The notes under the pieces: generated by a model
Seen by the model: the letters and a program-made list of their open reading frames with translations, nothing else
Databases searched by the model: none
What the model was told of the DNA's origin: nothing
DNA from: a virus
Lineage: Duplodnaviria; Heunggongvirae; Uroviricota; Caudoviricetes
Reading direction: 5' to 3' (one strand)
DNA length: 46,770 bases
Virus record (IMG/VR): IMGVR_UViG_2974624538_000001
Span: 1-46,770 of that record
Program-made: the position numbers and the translations under genes
Shown here: positions 13,975 to 23,226 of the stretch, in pieces
How the letters are laid out: every line of letters begins with the position of its first letter
Numbering within the stretch: position 1 is the stretch's first letter

Positions 13975-15557
13975 TGGCACATAAGGTTGTATCAGCCGAA
14001 GATGAGCCTCAGGAAATTGAGGTAAAGGTTGGCTCAATTGTTGAGTATGCTGCATCTTCAAGAGAGATTGATGTTTTCTCAAAGCCAGCCGATGAAGTCC
14101 GAAAGATGGACGGAATTACTGCTGCCCTAAAGCGTAAGACTACAAGGGAGATTCAGAAGTTCCAGCGGGGAACTGGTGGCGCAAAGACAAAGCGTGAAGA
14201 GCGCGATGAAATCACCGGATACAACCTGTTTGAGGTGGTTATGCCACCATACAATCTCGACTACTTGGCTGCTCTATTTGAGAAGTCTAGTCCACACGCA
14301 GCAGCGGTAAAGGCTAAGGTAAAGAATATCGCCGGTTTGGGATATCAGTTTGTAGAATCAGAGCTTACGAAGGAGAAGCTAGATTCAGCAGATGGTGATG
14401 AGGAGAAGCTTTCCCGAATTAGAAGGAAGCTTTCCAAGGGCCGTCGAGAGCTAAATGATTGGCTCGACTCTTGTAATGAAGAGGATGAGTTCGATGAGAC
14501 ACTTTCTAAGCTCTGGACTGATTACGAAACAACCGGAAATGCATATCTAGAAATTGGTCGTAAGACCACAGGCGAGATTGGTTATATCGGACATATTCCG
14601 TCAACCACTATTCGTATTAGAAAGCAGAGAGATGGATTTATTCAGATTATTTCCAACAGAGCTGTTTTCTTCAGAAACTTTGGGGACGATGAGACTCCTG
14701 ACCCCATCGGTCATGACCCACGTCCCAACGAGATTATTCATTTCAAGAAGTATTCTCCAACACACGGATACTATGGTGTTCCAGACATTGTTGCCGCAAT
14801 GAATGCTGTTACTGGTAATGAATTCTCTGCTCGATTTAACCTTGATTATTTTGAGAACAAGGCGGTTCCCCGTTATGTTATCGTTATCAAGGGTGGAAAT
14901 CTTTCAGCACGTTCTGAGCAGCAGATTCTAGAATTTTTCCAGGCGTCACTCAAGGGCAAGAATCACAGAACCCTATATGTTCCTCTTCCTGCGGATGAAG
15001 ATGGAAAGAAGGTATCATTTGAGATGAAGCCAGTCGAGACTGGCACTCAGGATTCCAGCTTCAACAATTACCGCAAGGGCAATTTGAATGAAATTCTTAT
15101 GGCTCATGGAGTTCCTATTTCAAAGATTTCTCTAGGTGAGGGAATTTCTTTGGCGGCGGCTCGTGATGCTGATAAGACATTCAAGGAGCAGGTATGTCGT
15201 CCAGACCAGAGAGTGCTTGAAAAGAAGTTGAATAAGATTGTCAAGGAATTGACGGATGTATTTATTCTTAAGTTGAATGAGCTTTCATTGACCGATGAAG
15301 ATACTCAGTCAAAGATTGATGAGCGTTACCTACGTCTTGGAACCTACCTTCCAAATGAAGTCCGTGCACGTCAGGGTCTTCCTGGAATTAAGGGTGGAGA
15401 CAAGCCTGTGGAACTTAAGCCTCAGCAGGCGGCAGAGCAAAAGACTCAGGCTTCAGGTAATAGAAGGAGAGACCAGGAGCGTGAAGCAAATTCAACTGAC
15501 TCGGCCTCTTCAACAAATTCACGAAATCCTCAAGGAGAGGGGAGACAGTCCGCCTAA
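13974..15557 (+). CDS. Portal protein
   Basis: YETTGNAYLE, EIIHFK..YYGVPDI and NE.R motifs; position in the head module. Confidence 0.92.
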   Translation: MAHKVVSAEDEPQEIEVKVGSIVEYAASSREIDVFSKPADEVRKMDGITAALKRKTTREIQKFQRGTGGAKTKREERDEITGYNLFEVVMPPYNLDYLAALFEKSSPHAAAVKAKVKNIAGLGYQFVESELTKEKLDSADGDEEKLSRIRRKLSKGRRELNDWLDSCNEEDEFDETLSKLWTDYETTGNAYLEIGRKTTGEIGYIGHIPSTTIRIRKQRDGFIQIISNRAVFFRNFGDDETPDPIGHDPRPNEIIHFKKYSPTHGYYGVPDIVAAMNAVTGNEFSARFNLDYFENKAVPRYVIVIKGGNLSARSEQQILEFFQASLKGKNHRTLYVPLPADEDGKKVSFEMKPVETGTQDSSFNNYRKGNLNEILMAHGVPISKISLGEGISLAAARDADKTFKEQVCRPDQRVLEKKLNKIVKELTDVFILKLNELSLTDEDTQSKIDERYLRLGTYLPNEVRARQGLPGIKGGDKPVELKPQQAAEQKTQASGNRRRDQEREANSTDSASSTNSRNPQGEGRQSA

Positions 15558-15562
15558 TCTAA

Positions 15563-16021
15563 ATGGTTAATTTCCTAAGAAGAGCTTGGGAGGGTCTAGC
15601 AATTGCATTGTCTAGGCCCGTAAATAAAGTAGCCGCAGCAACGCTGTCAGTATATACATTTCTTTGGGGGTTGTGGCTAGCAAGCCCCTTCTGGGAAGTG
15701 TTTGGCGGAGCGCGTGTCTACTCTTGGTTGGACTCAGTAGCGTCCGAGCCATTTTGGGGTATTTTGGCAATGGCCGTAGGAGCAGCTATGACTTACGGCC
15801 TTGTCAAGGGCTCAGAAAATTCACTAACGATTGGAGCATTCGTCGGATTTCTTCATTGGCTTGTCATTGGAATGGGATATTTTGCCGGGGATTGGCGTAA
15901 CACAGGAGGTCTAACATCTTCTGCTATGGCTATTTTCTGTGCAGCTATCTACCTAAACATGCGATTCCTGCATTTTAGACAGAATGATTTGGCTTTTGAA
16001 AAGGACTCTGATATTATTTAG
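15563..16021 (+). CDS. Integral membrane protein, about 4 TM helices
   Basis: Four hydrophobic segments. Confidence 0.7.
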   Translation: MVNFLRRAWEGLAIALSRPVNKVAAATLSVYTFLWGLWLASPFWEVFGGARVYSWLDSVASEPFWGILAMAVGAAMTYGLVKGSENSLTIGAFVGFLHWLVIGMGYFAGDWRNTGGLTSSAMAIFCAAIYLNMRFLHFRQNDLAFEKDSDII

Positions 16022-16023
16022 CT

Positions 16024-17358
16024 ATGGAGATTAAGAAGGCTCAATGGGCTTCAGACGGCGATAATGTTCGTCTTATGATGCCACTTTCTAAGGTTGATAA
16101 GGAGAACCGCCTGGTTTCAGGTTGGGCTTCTCTAGACAACGCTGATTCCCAGGGGGACGTTGTTCTCAAGGAAGCTAATCAGCGCGCTTTCAGCCGTTTC
16201 CGTGGAAACATCCGTGAGATGCATCAGCCAATTGCTGTTGGTCGAATGGTTGATTTCAAGGAAGACTCCTACTTCGACCAGGAGACACAGAAGTTCTATA
16301 ACGGAATTTTCGTTACAGTCTATGTCTCTAAGGGTGCACAGGATACTTGGGAGAAGGTTCTTGATGGAACGCTCCAGGGATTTTCTATCGGTGGCGCTAT
16401 CATTGATGCTGAAACACAGTGGGTAAAGGACGCAGGTCGTGCAATCCGCTTTGTTAAGGATTATGAATTGGTAGAGCTAAGCTTGGTAGATTCTCCAGCA
16501 AACCAGCTTGCTAATGTATTCTCAATTACTAAGGCTGCCGATGGTAGTCAGGTAATGAAGGGAATGGTAGCTGACACTCGTTCAGAGAATGTTTTCTACT
16601 GTGAGGCAGATGGTATTGCCAAGACTTCCACCGAGGAATCTGTTTCTTGTGGAAACTGTGGTTCCGCGATGCAGAACATCGGATGGTTTGAGTACGAAAG
16701 CGATGAAGAGAAGACTGAAAAGGTGTCCACACTTATCGCTAATCGTAATTCTTCTACTACGAGCGGTTCAGAGGAACCAATCGCTAAGCAGGAAACTGCA
16801 CATAACGAAGGAGGTGTAATCGTGGCAGAAGAGAACAAGACTCCTGAGACTGAGGTTGATGCCGGTTCTACTGCAACAGTCGTTGACGAGGTTGCTGAAG
16901 AGGGTAAGGCTGAGACTGAGGTTGAGTCAAGCACAGAGGAGGTAGCCAAGGAAGAGCAGACTGAGAACGAGGATAAGTCTGACGAGGAAAAGGCTACTGA
17001 GACTGAGAATGCTTCTGAGGAGGACCCAGACATTGCAAAGATGTTTGGTGACCTACAGACAGCTATCGAGTCCGGCCTTGAGAAGAATGCTAAGCAGGCT
17101 GACGAAGCAATTGCTAAGGCAACTGAGGCATTTGAGAACAAGGTAGAAGAGCTTGTAAAGAAGCACGACGAGCTTGTAACTAAGTTTGAGTCTCTAAAGA
17201 CTGACATTGGTGGCGTTGAAAAGCGTCTCGGTGTTGTAGAGTCTGAGACTGCTATTAAGAAGTCCGGCGACCTAGGCGGGTCAACGGAGGAAACCCTACA
17301 GAAGAGTAAGGGTTCTACGTGGGGCGGGCGCTTCCTCGGCCTTTCCGACCTACACTAA
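16024..17358 (+). CDS. Prohead protease fused to an acidic/coiled-coil scaffold region
   Basis: REMHQ, GFSIGG and ELSLVDSPAN HK97/XkdF-type protease motifs; leaderless promoter TTGGCT-N17-TATTAT at 15989-16017. Confidence 0.9.
   Translation: MEIKKAQWASDGDNVRLMMPLSKVDKENRLVSGWASLDNADSQGDVVLKEANQRAFSRFRGNIREMHQPIAVGRMVDFKEDSYFDQETQKFYNGIFVTVYVSKGAQDTWEKVLDGTLQGFSIGGAIIDAETQWVKDAGRAIRFVKDYELVELSLVDSPANQLANVFSITKAADGSQVMKGMVADTRSENVFYCEADGIAKTSTEESVSCGNCGSAMQNIGWFEYESDEEKTEKVSTLIANRNSSTTSGSEEPIAKQETAHNEGGVIVAEENKTPETEVDAGSTATVVDEVAEEGKAETEVESSTEEVAKEEQTENEDKSDEEKATETENASEEDPDIAKMFGDLQTAIESGLEKNAKQADEAIAKATEAFENKVEELVKKHDELVTKFESLKTDIGGVEKRLGVVESETAIKKSGDLGGSTEETLQKSKGSTWGGRFLGLSDLH
16822..17358 (+). 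CDS. Probable nested in-frame scaffolding protein (178 aa)
   Basis: AAGGAGGT SD 6 nt before an in-frame GTG. Confidence 0.65.
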   Translation: MAEENKTPETEVDAGSTATVVDEVAEEGKAETEVESSTEEVAKEEQTENEDKSDEEKATETENASEEDPDIAKMFGDLQTAIESGLEKNAKQADEAIAKATEAFENKVEELVKKHDELVTKFESLKTDIGGVEKRLGVVESETAIKKSGDLGGSTEETLQKSKGSTWGGRFLGLSDLH

Positions 17359-17394
17359 TTTATTCCTAGGAAATATGGAGGTGACACAAACAGA

Positions 17395-18390
17395 ATGAGT
17401 AATGAATTGCTAGAGAAGGTTATCCGTACCACCGAAGTTGGTGCTGGTGGCGGTGGTCTTCTAAACGCTGAGCAGGCAGACCGCTTTATTGATTACATGT
17501 GGGATGCTACGGTACTTGGTTCACAGGTCCGTACAATCCGTATGCGTTCAACTGAGGTGGATATTGACAAGGTTGGTGTTGGTGAGCGTCTAATGCGTGT
17601 GGCTACCGAGGCTGTTGACGATGGTGTCAACGCTGGAGCAGTCTTCACAAAGATTTCTCTTACCACAAAGAAGTTGCGTCTCGACTGGGAGCTTTCAACC
17701 GAGTCCCTTGAGGACAACCTTGAGGGTGAGGCTCTTGAGGACCACATTGCGCGCCTTATGGCAACGCAGGCTGGTAACGACATTGAGGATGTTGCTATTA
17801 ACGGTAACACCGCACTTACTTCCGACCCGCTAATGAAGGCATTTGATGGTTGGCGCAAGCTAGCCCTTGCCGGTGGACACGTTGTTGACCACGCGGGACA
17901 GCCACTTAACCGTGCTGCTGCGAACAAGGCTCTTAAGGCGATGCCACGTAAGTACATGCAGCGCCGTAACGGTCTTAAGTTCTTCACAGGTTCAAACCTA
18001 ATTCAGGATTACCTATACGGTCTAACCCAGACCGCTTCAGGTCTAATCTCACTTGAGAACGTCGCAGAGGGAGTTACACGTAATGGTGTACGCACCGAGG
18101 GACCTGCTGGATTTACCAGCACCCCAATGTTCGGTATCCCAACTCAGGAGGTTCCACTATTCCTTGAGACAGTGGACGGTGACTATTCAGGTGCTACAGG
18201 TGACCACGGTGACCTCTGGCTCACATTCCCTCAGAACATGCTCTGGGGTGTAAAGCGTGAGATTCAGGTTTACCGCGAGTTCAAGCCAAAGAAGGACACC
18301 ATCGAGTACACAATGTATTGCCGTGTTGGTACGCAGATTGAGAACGCTGACGCTTTTGTTGTTGTAAAGAACATCAAGGTTTCTAGCTGA
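17395..18390 (+). CDS. Major capsid protein (HK97 fold)
   Basis: Size, position, GGGLL..EQADRFID start, strong SD and downstream terminator. Confidence 0.92.
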   Translation: MSNELLEKVIRTTEVGAGGGGLLNAEQADRFIDYMWDATVLGSQVRTIRMRSTEVDIDKVGVGERLMRVATEAVDDGVNAGAVFTKISLTTKKLRLDWELSTESLEDNLEGEALEDHIARLMATQAGNDIEDVAINGNTALTSDPLMKAFDGWRKLALAGGHVVDHAGQPLNRAAANKALKAMPRKYMQRRNGLKFFTGSNLIQDYLYGLTQTASGLISLENVAEGVTRNGVRTEGPAGFTSTPMFGIPTQEVPLFLETVDGDYSGATGDHGDLWLTFPQNMLWGVKREIQVYREFKPKKDTIEYTMYCRVGTQIENADAFVVVKNIKVSS

Positions 18391-18406
18391 TAATTCTGTT
18401 TGACAG

Positions 18407-18430
18407 CCCCCGCTTTCGAGCGGGGGTTTT
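18407..18430 (+). terminator. Intrinsic terminator after the capsid gene
   Basis: CCCCCGCT-TTCG-AGCGGGGG plus TTTT. Confidence 0.85.
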
Positions 18431-18457
18431 GTCGTTGAACGAACAGTCTGCTATAAT
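18429..18457 (+). promoter_or_regulatory. Promoter TTGTCG-N17-TATAAT with extended -10
   Basis: Shares TCTGCTATAATGA with the promoter at 42899. Confidence 0.7.
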
Positions 18458-18487
18458 GAAAACACAATAGGAGGAATACCAAATACT

Positions 18488-18889
18488 ATGAGTTTTGATA
18501 CACTAAAGAAGGAAGACCTTCTTAAGATTGCCGACGATTACGGCGTAGATGTAAAGCCAAGTGACACGAAGGCTGTAATTATTGCTGCTTTCGCTGAGGA
18601 TGGCGTTAATTGGGAGGACGTAGCCAAGGTCGATAAGACGGTTGCCGATATTGATGCAGAGCTTAAGGAAGAGAAGGCTGAGCAGGATGCTGCTGATAAG
18701 GCTAAGCAGCCTAAGGCCCTTTTGAAGATGCTTCGTGCAAACGGCACTTTTGAGATTCGCGGATATGTTTTCAAGCGCGAGCACCCATTCGCACTTGTTG
18801 CTGAGGATGATGCAGAGTTTATCGTAGAGAATGACCCTGAGGGATTCCGTTATGCAACGCCAAAGGAAGCACAGGCTTTCTACGGATGA
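18488..18889 (+). CDS. Head-associated protein with N-terminal Rho-N/HeH-like helical domain
   Basis: LKKEDLLKIADDYGV...TKAVII pattern; position after capsid. Confidence 0.65.
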   Translation: MSFDTLKKEDLLKIADDYGVDVKPSDTKAVIIAAFAEDGVNWEDVAKVDKTVADIDAELKEEKAEQDAADKAKQPKALLKMLRANGTFEIRGYVFKREHPFALVAEDDAEFIVENDPEGFRYATPKEAQAFYG

Positions 18890-18954
18890 TTTGCAGCCCC
18901 GGAAACGGGGCAAGCTGGTTATGAAAATAACGTACTGGAGTATATAATTAAAAC

Positions 18955-19860
18955 ATGGAAATTTACAGAAATGAACTAGCTAATGTTGATTTGAAGGTGC
19001 CAGTCACCGCAATCAATGGAACCTTCGAGGTGAAAGCCTACGACGGGGATACAGTGCTGTACACATTTCCAACTCCGACTACAATTTCTGGCGGGTATCG
19101 TGTGACCCTGCCTTTCAGCCTAGTAGATAATGACGGAAGCTTTGTTATTAAGTGGAAGTTTAATTATCTAGAAGGCTCTCAGACTGAAACTTATCAAAGT
19201 AGCACAGCAATTTCCGTTGTCACTCCATATGCGACAATTGATGAAATTAGGAGCGCTACGGGACTTGATACAGAGGCGGTCTCTGATTCAGAGCTTATCA
19301 GGGTGGAAAGAAGGATTCGCGGCGTTATTGACAATTACACTGGTCAGTCTTTCGGCAGATATGTAGGAACTAAGCAAAGTATCGGTTCTGGAGATAAGGA
19401 GCTTAAGGTTCAGGAGAGACTAGTTAGACTAGATAACATTACTGGACCAAACATCATCTATTCAGATGTTGACGTTGCTTCTCCGGGATTGTACTCGGTC
19501 AGAGGAGATGGCTGGTATGTAGGATTCTCAGCTCCAACTCCATCAGGAGATTACGTATTTGAAAATGTTATTAGAGACCCCGATTCTGTTTATACGCGGG
19601 GTTTCAGGGACAATTTCGTTTACAACATCACTGGAGTATGGGGATGGGATGACGTTCCTTCTCAGGTGAAGGAAGCAGCTTTGATTCTCATTGAAGATGA
19701 GCTATGTCCTCAGGCAGAATACCGAGACAGATATTTGAAGAGTATTTCTGGAGATGGTTGGAGATACGAATACAATCCAAGCGCTTATTACGGAACTGGT
19801 AGCGTTATCGCTGACCAGATTCTAGCGCCATTCAGATATAATACAATGACGGTGATTTGA
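18955..19860 (+). CDS. Head-to-tail adaptor
   Basis: YATIDEIR and WGWDDVPSQVKEAALIL motifs; synteny; leaderless start. Confidence 0.75.
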   Translation: MEIYRNELANVDLKVPVTAINGTFEVKAYDGDTVLYTFPTPTTISGGYRVTLPFSLVDNDGSFVIKWKFNYLEGSQTETYQSSTAISVVTPYATIDEIRSATGLDTEAVSDSELIRVERRIRGVIDNYTGQSFGRYVGTKQSIGSGDKELKVQERLVRLDNITGPNIIYSDVDVASPGLYSVRGDGWYVGFSAPTPSGDYVFENVIRDPDSVYTRGFRDNFVYNITGVWGWDDVPSQVKEAALILIEDELCPQAEYRDRYLKSISGDGWRYEYNPSAYYGTGSVIADQILAPFRYNTMTVI

Positions 19861-19861
19861 T

Positions 19862-20350
19862 ATGATGAAATGTCTTTCAAGCGCAAAGTTCAGTATGCTT
19901 GCTGATGTTATCAAGCCTGCTGGTGCTCCCGCAGATTCGTCATCATCCGATGGTCATTGGACATGGGTTCAGGACCCTGATACAGGAGCTTTTTCTGAGG
20001 TTTGGGTAACTGATGACCCAGACACAACACCTGTTGAAGGAGACACACGAACAATTAAGTGTCGAGCAAAGGCAGCTATGACAGGAAGTATTCGTGCTGC
20101 TGAGCAATTTGGTGCACAGTATTTGAATGATGAGTGGGTGAAGCTGGATATTCCGTACAATGCAGATGTCACATTGAGAGATAGAATCACGAACATTCGT
20201 ACATTGGACGGTAAGACACTTTGGTCTGAAGAAGAGTCCAGTGGAAATCCACCAACTACATTTGAAGTATTCAGAGTCTCGCCAGAAATCGACGGATTTG
20301 GAAATCTAATCGGAAAGATTGCTCTAATCAAGAGGGCGGTGGTTCAGTAA
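19862..20350 (+). CDS. Head-to-tail stopper
   Basis: Synteny; beta-rich 162 aa. Confidence 0.6.
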   Translation: MMKCLSSAKFSMLADVIKPAGAPADSSSSDGHWTWVQDPDTGAFSEVWVTDDPDTTPVEGDTRTIKCRAKAAMTGSIRAAEQFGAQYLNDEWVKLDIPYNADVTLRDRITNIRTLDGKTLWSEEESSGNPPTTFEVFRVSPEIDGFGNLIGKIALIKRAVVQ

Positions 20351-21174
20351 TGGCAAGACAATACGTTGGATTCAATGTAGACTTTGCTGAAGCTGCTGCC
20401 CTCTCAGGGTTTTTGAAGACCCTTTCGACAGAGATTAAGACAACCAGGCATATTGGCCCAGTGTTGAAGTACGTCCATTCAATCATGTCTCAGGAGTTCA
20501 CTGAGTACATGTCCGTTCTTGCCGCATCAGCCCCTTCAAGATTTCACCATGTCTACGAATGGGGTGAGGCTGGAAATCCTGGAGCCCGTCTTTGGGAGGA
20601 TGTCCTTATCGGTGGTGGAAATAATAGGACCGCCACATTTAGATGGAAGGCTTCCAAGCAGCTTGTTCCGGTTAGGGATGACTTCAAGGCTGGTGGCGTA
20701 AAGCAAATCCATGTCTTTGTCTGGAAGGCTCCAATTATGGAATATAATACCGCCCTGACAATTGCTCCAAAGAGAGGCAAGTTTCTTGCGTACTTCACTG
20801 GACCAACAACGCCAGAGGGCAAGTACAAGATGCAGTTTACACAAAAGCCTATCACAGTAACTAATCCGGGCGGTAAGGCAACGACTGGAGCATTTACCAG
20901 AGAGTACGTTTCTTGGTGGGGTGGCTCAGGCTCTCAAGCTGTATTTGAATCTAGACTAAGAAAGGTTCTAGAGGAAGACCTTGGAAAAATGCCTATTGAA
21001 ACTGCGACAAGAAAGTTTCGTAGACCAACTACAAAGACTTTCAAGCTACAGACTCTAGGCTCTGCCTCCCAGGCAGAAGCTTATGGTTCTGCTGCGGCAA
21101 GAAAGTATCTAGGAGCTAGGTCTAACAAATACATTGAGGCAGCAAGAGCCCGAGAAAGGATTATTTACGGATGA
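20350..21174 (+). CDS. Neck/tail-completion-type protein
   Basis: Synteny; basic. Confidence 0.55.
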   Translation: MARQYVGFNVDFAEAAALSGFLKTLSTEIKTTRHIGPVLKYVHSIMSQEFTEYMSVLAASAPSRFHHVYEWGEAGNPGARLWEDVLIGGGNNRTATFRWKASKQLVPVRDDFKAGGVKQIHVFVWKAPIMEYNTALTIAPKRGKFLAYFTGPTTPEGKYKMQFTQKPITVTNPGGKATTGAFTREYVSWWGGSGSQAVFESRLRKVLEEDLGKMPIETATRKFRRPTTKTFKLQTLGSASQAEAYGSAAARKYLGARSNKYIEAARARERIIYG

Positions 21175-21725
21175 CAGATTACAAGCTTGTTGGTGCACAT
21201 CAAATTAACAAGTGGCTCTGGTCTAAGCTCAAGGATTTTGAGTATAAGCCGGGGGTTAAGGCATTTGGTGCCTATCAGGGTTCCGGGAACACATCTGGAT
21301 ATCCAGCGATTCCGATTATTCCTGGTGCTCAGTCGGTGCCATTTTACAATATGACTCAGGGAAAGGCACCTTTCCTAGTCTATAATTACATTACTAGCGG
21401 ATATAATTCAGAGTGGTGGATTTGTCGAGAGCAATGTGTGTATGTAATTTATGATAATGGGGAGGATGCCGACCAAAGATTGGTCTCCATTCTCCATTAC
21501 ATGACCGACCTTTTGAAGCGAATGGATTGGACTGCAAAGAACATCAATTACAGCGGTCTCACAGACCCTCGCTTTGATATCAAGTTTGTTCAGCTAACTA
21601 GTGCATCTGGACCGGATGATTTTCAGCTAACGGAAGATAAAAGCTTGCGTGGCGTTATGGTAGTCATCAACTACGAATACACAGTTGATATGGACACTCT
21701 TGAAGGTAGTGGGCTTAGAGTATAA
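21171..21725 (+). CDS. Tail terminator
   Basis: Immediately before the tail tube; PFLVY motif. Confidence 0.6.
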   Translation: MTDYKLVGAHQINKWLWSKLKDFEYKPGVKAFGAYQGSGNTSGYPAIPIIPGAQSVPFYNMTQGKAPFLVYNYITSGYNSEWWICREQCVYVIYDNGEDADQRLVSILHYMTDLLKRMDWTAKNINYSGLTDPRFDIKFVQLTSASGPDDFQLTEDKSLRGVMVVINYEYTVDMDTLEGSGLRV

Positions 21726-21829
21726 TTCGAGAATTTGGCTTTAGAACCCAAATCACGATAATATACTTTTAGAGGAAGTGCCTAGCCAGCACACAAACTT
21801 TTTAACCTAAATGGAGGTGACATTCAAAG

Positions 21830-22459
21830 ATGGCATATCAGGTACGTAATATTATCATTGGTGCAGCGGCCCTTTACATTTCAGCAAAGGACAGCACTGA
21901 TGCAGGTTGGGGCAGCGGTCCAGCGCTACCAGCAGCACCAGGAGCAGGAAGTTCATTCACAACTGCTCTAGACGGTTCCGCTGATTGGCGTCACGCTGGT
22001 TTTACAACGGAAGGTCTTGAGGTTTCTTACGAGCCAGACTACGGAGACGTTGAGGTTGACCAGCTTCTTGACTCAGCTAAGCTCTTCAAGCAGTCTATGC
22101 GAGTGACAATCAACACGACTCTTGCCGAGGCAGCCCTAGAGAATCTTCTAGTTGCTTGGGGCCAGCAGTCTGCAACCCTTACTTCAACTTCAAGCACGAC
22201 TGAGCTTGGAATTGCGGCGGGTGCTCTAGGTGATGAGCCTGTAGAGCGCGCTCTTGTAGCCGTTGGTCCAGGACCAAAGTCCGCTACAGGAAATAAGCGA
22301 GAGCGTCTATACCACGCACGTCGCGTTCTTTCTGTTGAGTCTTCAGCTCACAGCGTTCGTCGTAATGAGGCTACGGTATTCCCAGTTGCATTCCGTCTTC
22401 TACCAGACCCTAACTTCAGTGGTTCTGAGTACGGTGTAATTCGAGACCGTAACGTCTGA
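21830..22459 (+). CDS. Major tail (tube) protein
   Basis: GFTTEGLEVSY motif; strong SD; own terminator. Confidence 0.88.
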   Translation: MAYQVRNIIIGAAALYISAKDSTDAGWGSGPALPAAPGAGSSFTTALDGSADWRHAGFTTEGLEVSYEPDYGDVEVDQLLDSAKLFKQSMRVTINTTLAEAALENLLVAWGQQSATLTSTSSTTELGIAAGALGDEPVERALVAVGPGPKSATGNKRERLYHARRVLSVESSAHSVRRNEATVFPVAFRLLPDPNFSGSEYGVIRDRNV

Positions 22460-22477
22460 TTTTGATTTTATGAAGGT

Positions 22478-22502
22478 ACCCCGCAGAAATGCGGGGTCTT
22501 TC
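22478..22502 (+). terminator. Intrinsic terminator after the tail tube
   Basis: ACCCCGCA-GAAA-TGCGGGGT plus CTTT. Confidence 0.8.
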
Positions 22503-22567
22503 ATTTTGTGTTCTTCAAGATTCATGGTAAACTAGAATCACTAATGGAAGGAAAGGTTTACCAATAA

Positions 22568-22918
22568 ATGGCAACTACAGTATATACAACCGAAGAGGTC
22601 GAGCTTCAGGACGGCACAACGGTTACACTTAAGCCACTCACAATTAAGAATCTCCGAAAGTTTATGAAGACTATGGAGGCTTTTGCTGAGGCAGAGACAG
22701 AAGAGGATGGCCTTGAGGTTATGCTTGATTCAGCCGCTCTTTGTTTGAAGTCTCAGCGTCCAGAGTTCTGGGACGAGAAGACAAACAAGCACGCTGAGGA
22801 TTTCGAGGATGCAATTGATATTCCAACAATTTACAAGGTTCTCGATGTCTGCGGAGGTATTAAGTTGAATGACCCAAATCTTCTAGCGGCGGCAGCGGAG
22901 GCTCTTGGGAGGAACTGA
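22568..22918 (+). CDS. Tail assembly chaperone (G)
   Basis: Between tube and tape measure; acidic. Confidence 0.88.
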   Translation: MATTVYTTEEVELQDGTTVTLKPLTIKNLRKFMKTMEAFAEAETEEDGLEVMLDSAALCLKSQRPEFWDEKTNKHAEDFEDAIDIPTIYKVLDVCGGIKLNDPNLLAAAAEALGRN

Positions 22919-23214
22919 ACCTCGCCCAACTAGAGGCAGAGGCTTTTCTTCTAGGTCACTGGAAAAACTTCGATGAGATTGAGGACTCCCTCAGTCTAGA
23001 AGAGCTTCAAGCCATTCTTGAAGCCGCAAGAGAGAAAGAATATAGAGGACAAAAATTTGCAGCAGCTCTAAAGGGTATTGACCTTGATGAAAAGGTTGGT
23101 AAGACAGATACCTCATTTGATGATGTGAAGCGCCGAGCAGAGGCGAAATTGCACGGGGTATCCGAAGAGGAGTTGGAGTTTGCTGACATCGGCATTGCAG
23201 TAATTGAAGAATAA
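22568..23214 (+). CDS. Tail assembly chaperone GT, -1 frameshift product (about 215 aa)
   Basis: Slippery C CCA AAT at 22873-22879; -1 frame open to TAA 23214 (SSSGGSGGSWEELNLAQLEAE...). Confidence 0.85.
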
Positions 23215-23226
23215 GGACTGATTGAA

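Noticed and set aside
17375-17398. uORF from the ATG in ATGGAGGTGACA before capsid and tail tube
   Set aside because: Its frame relative to the gene differs at the two loci; it is simply an extended SD
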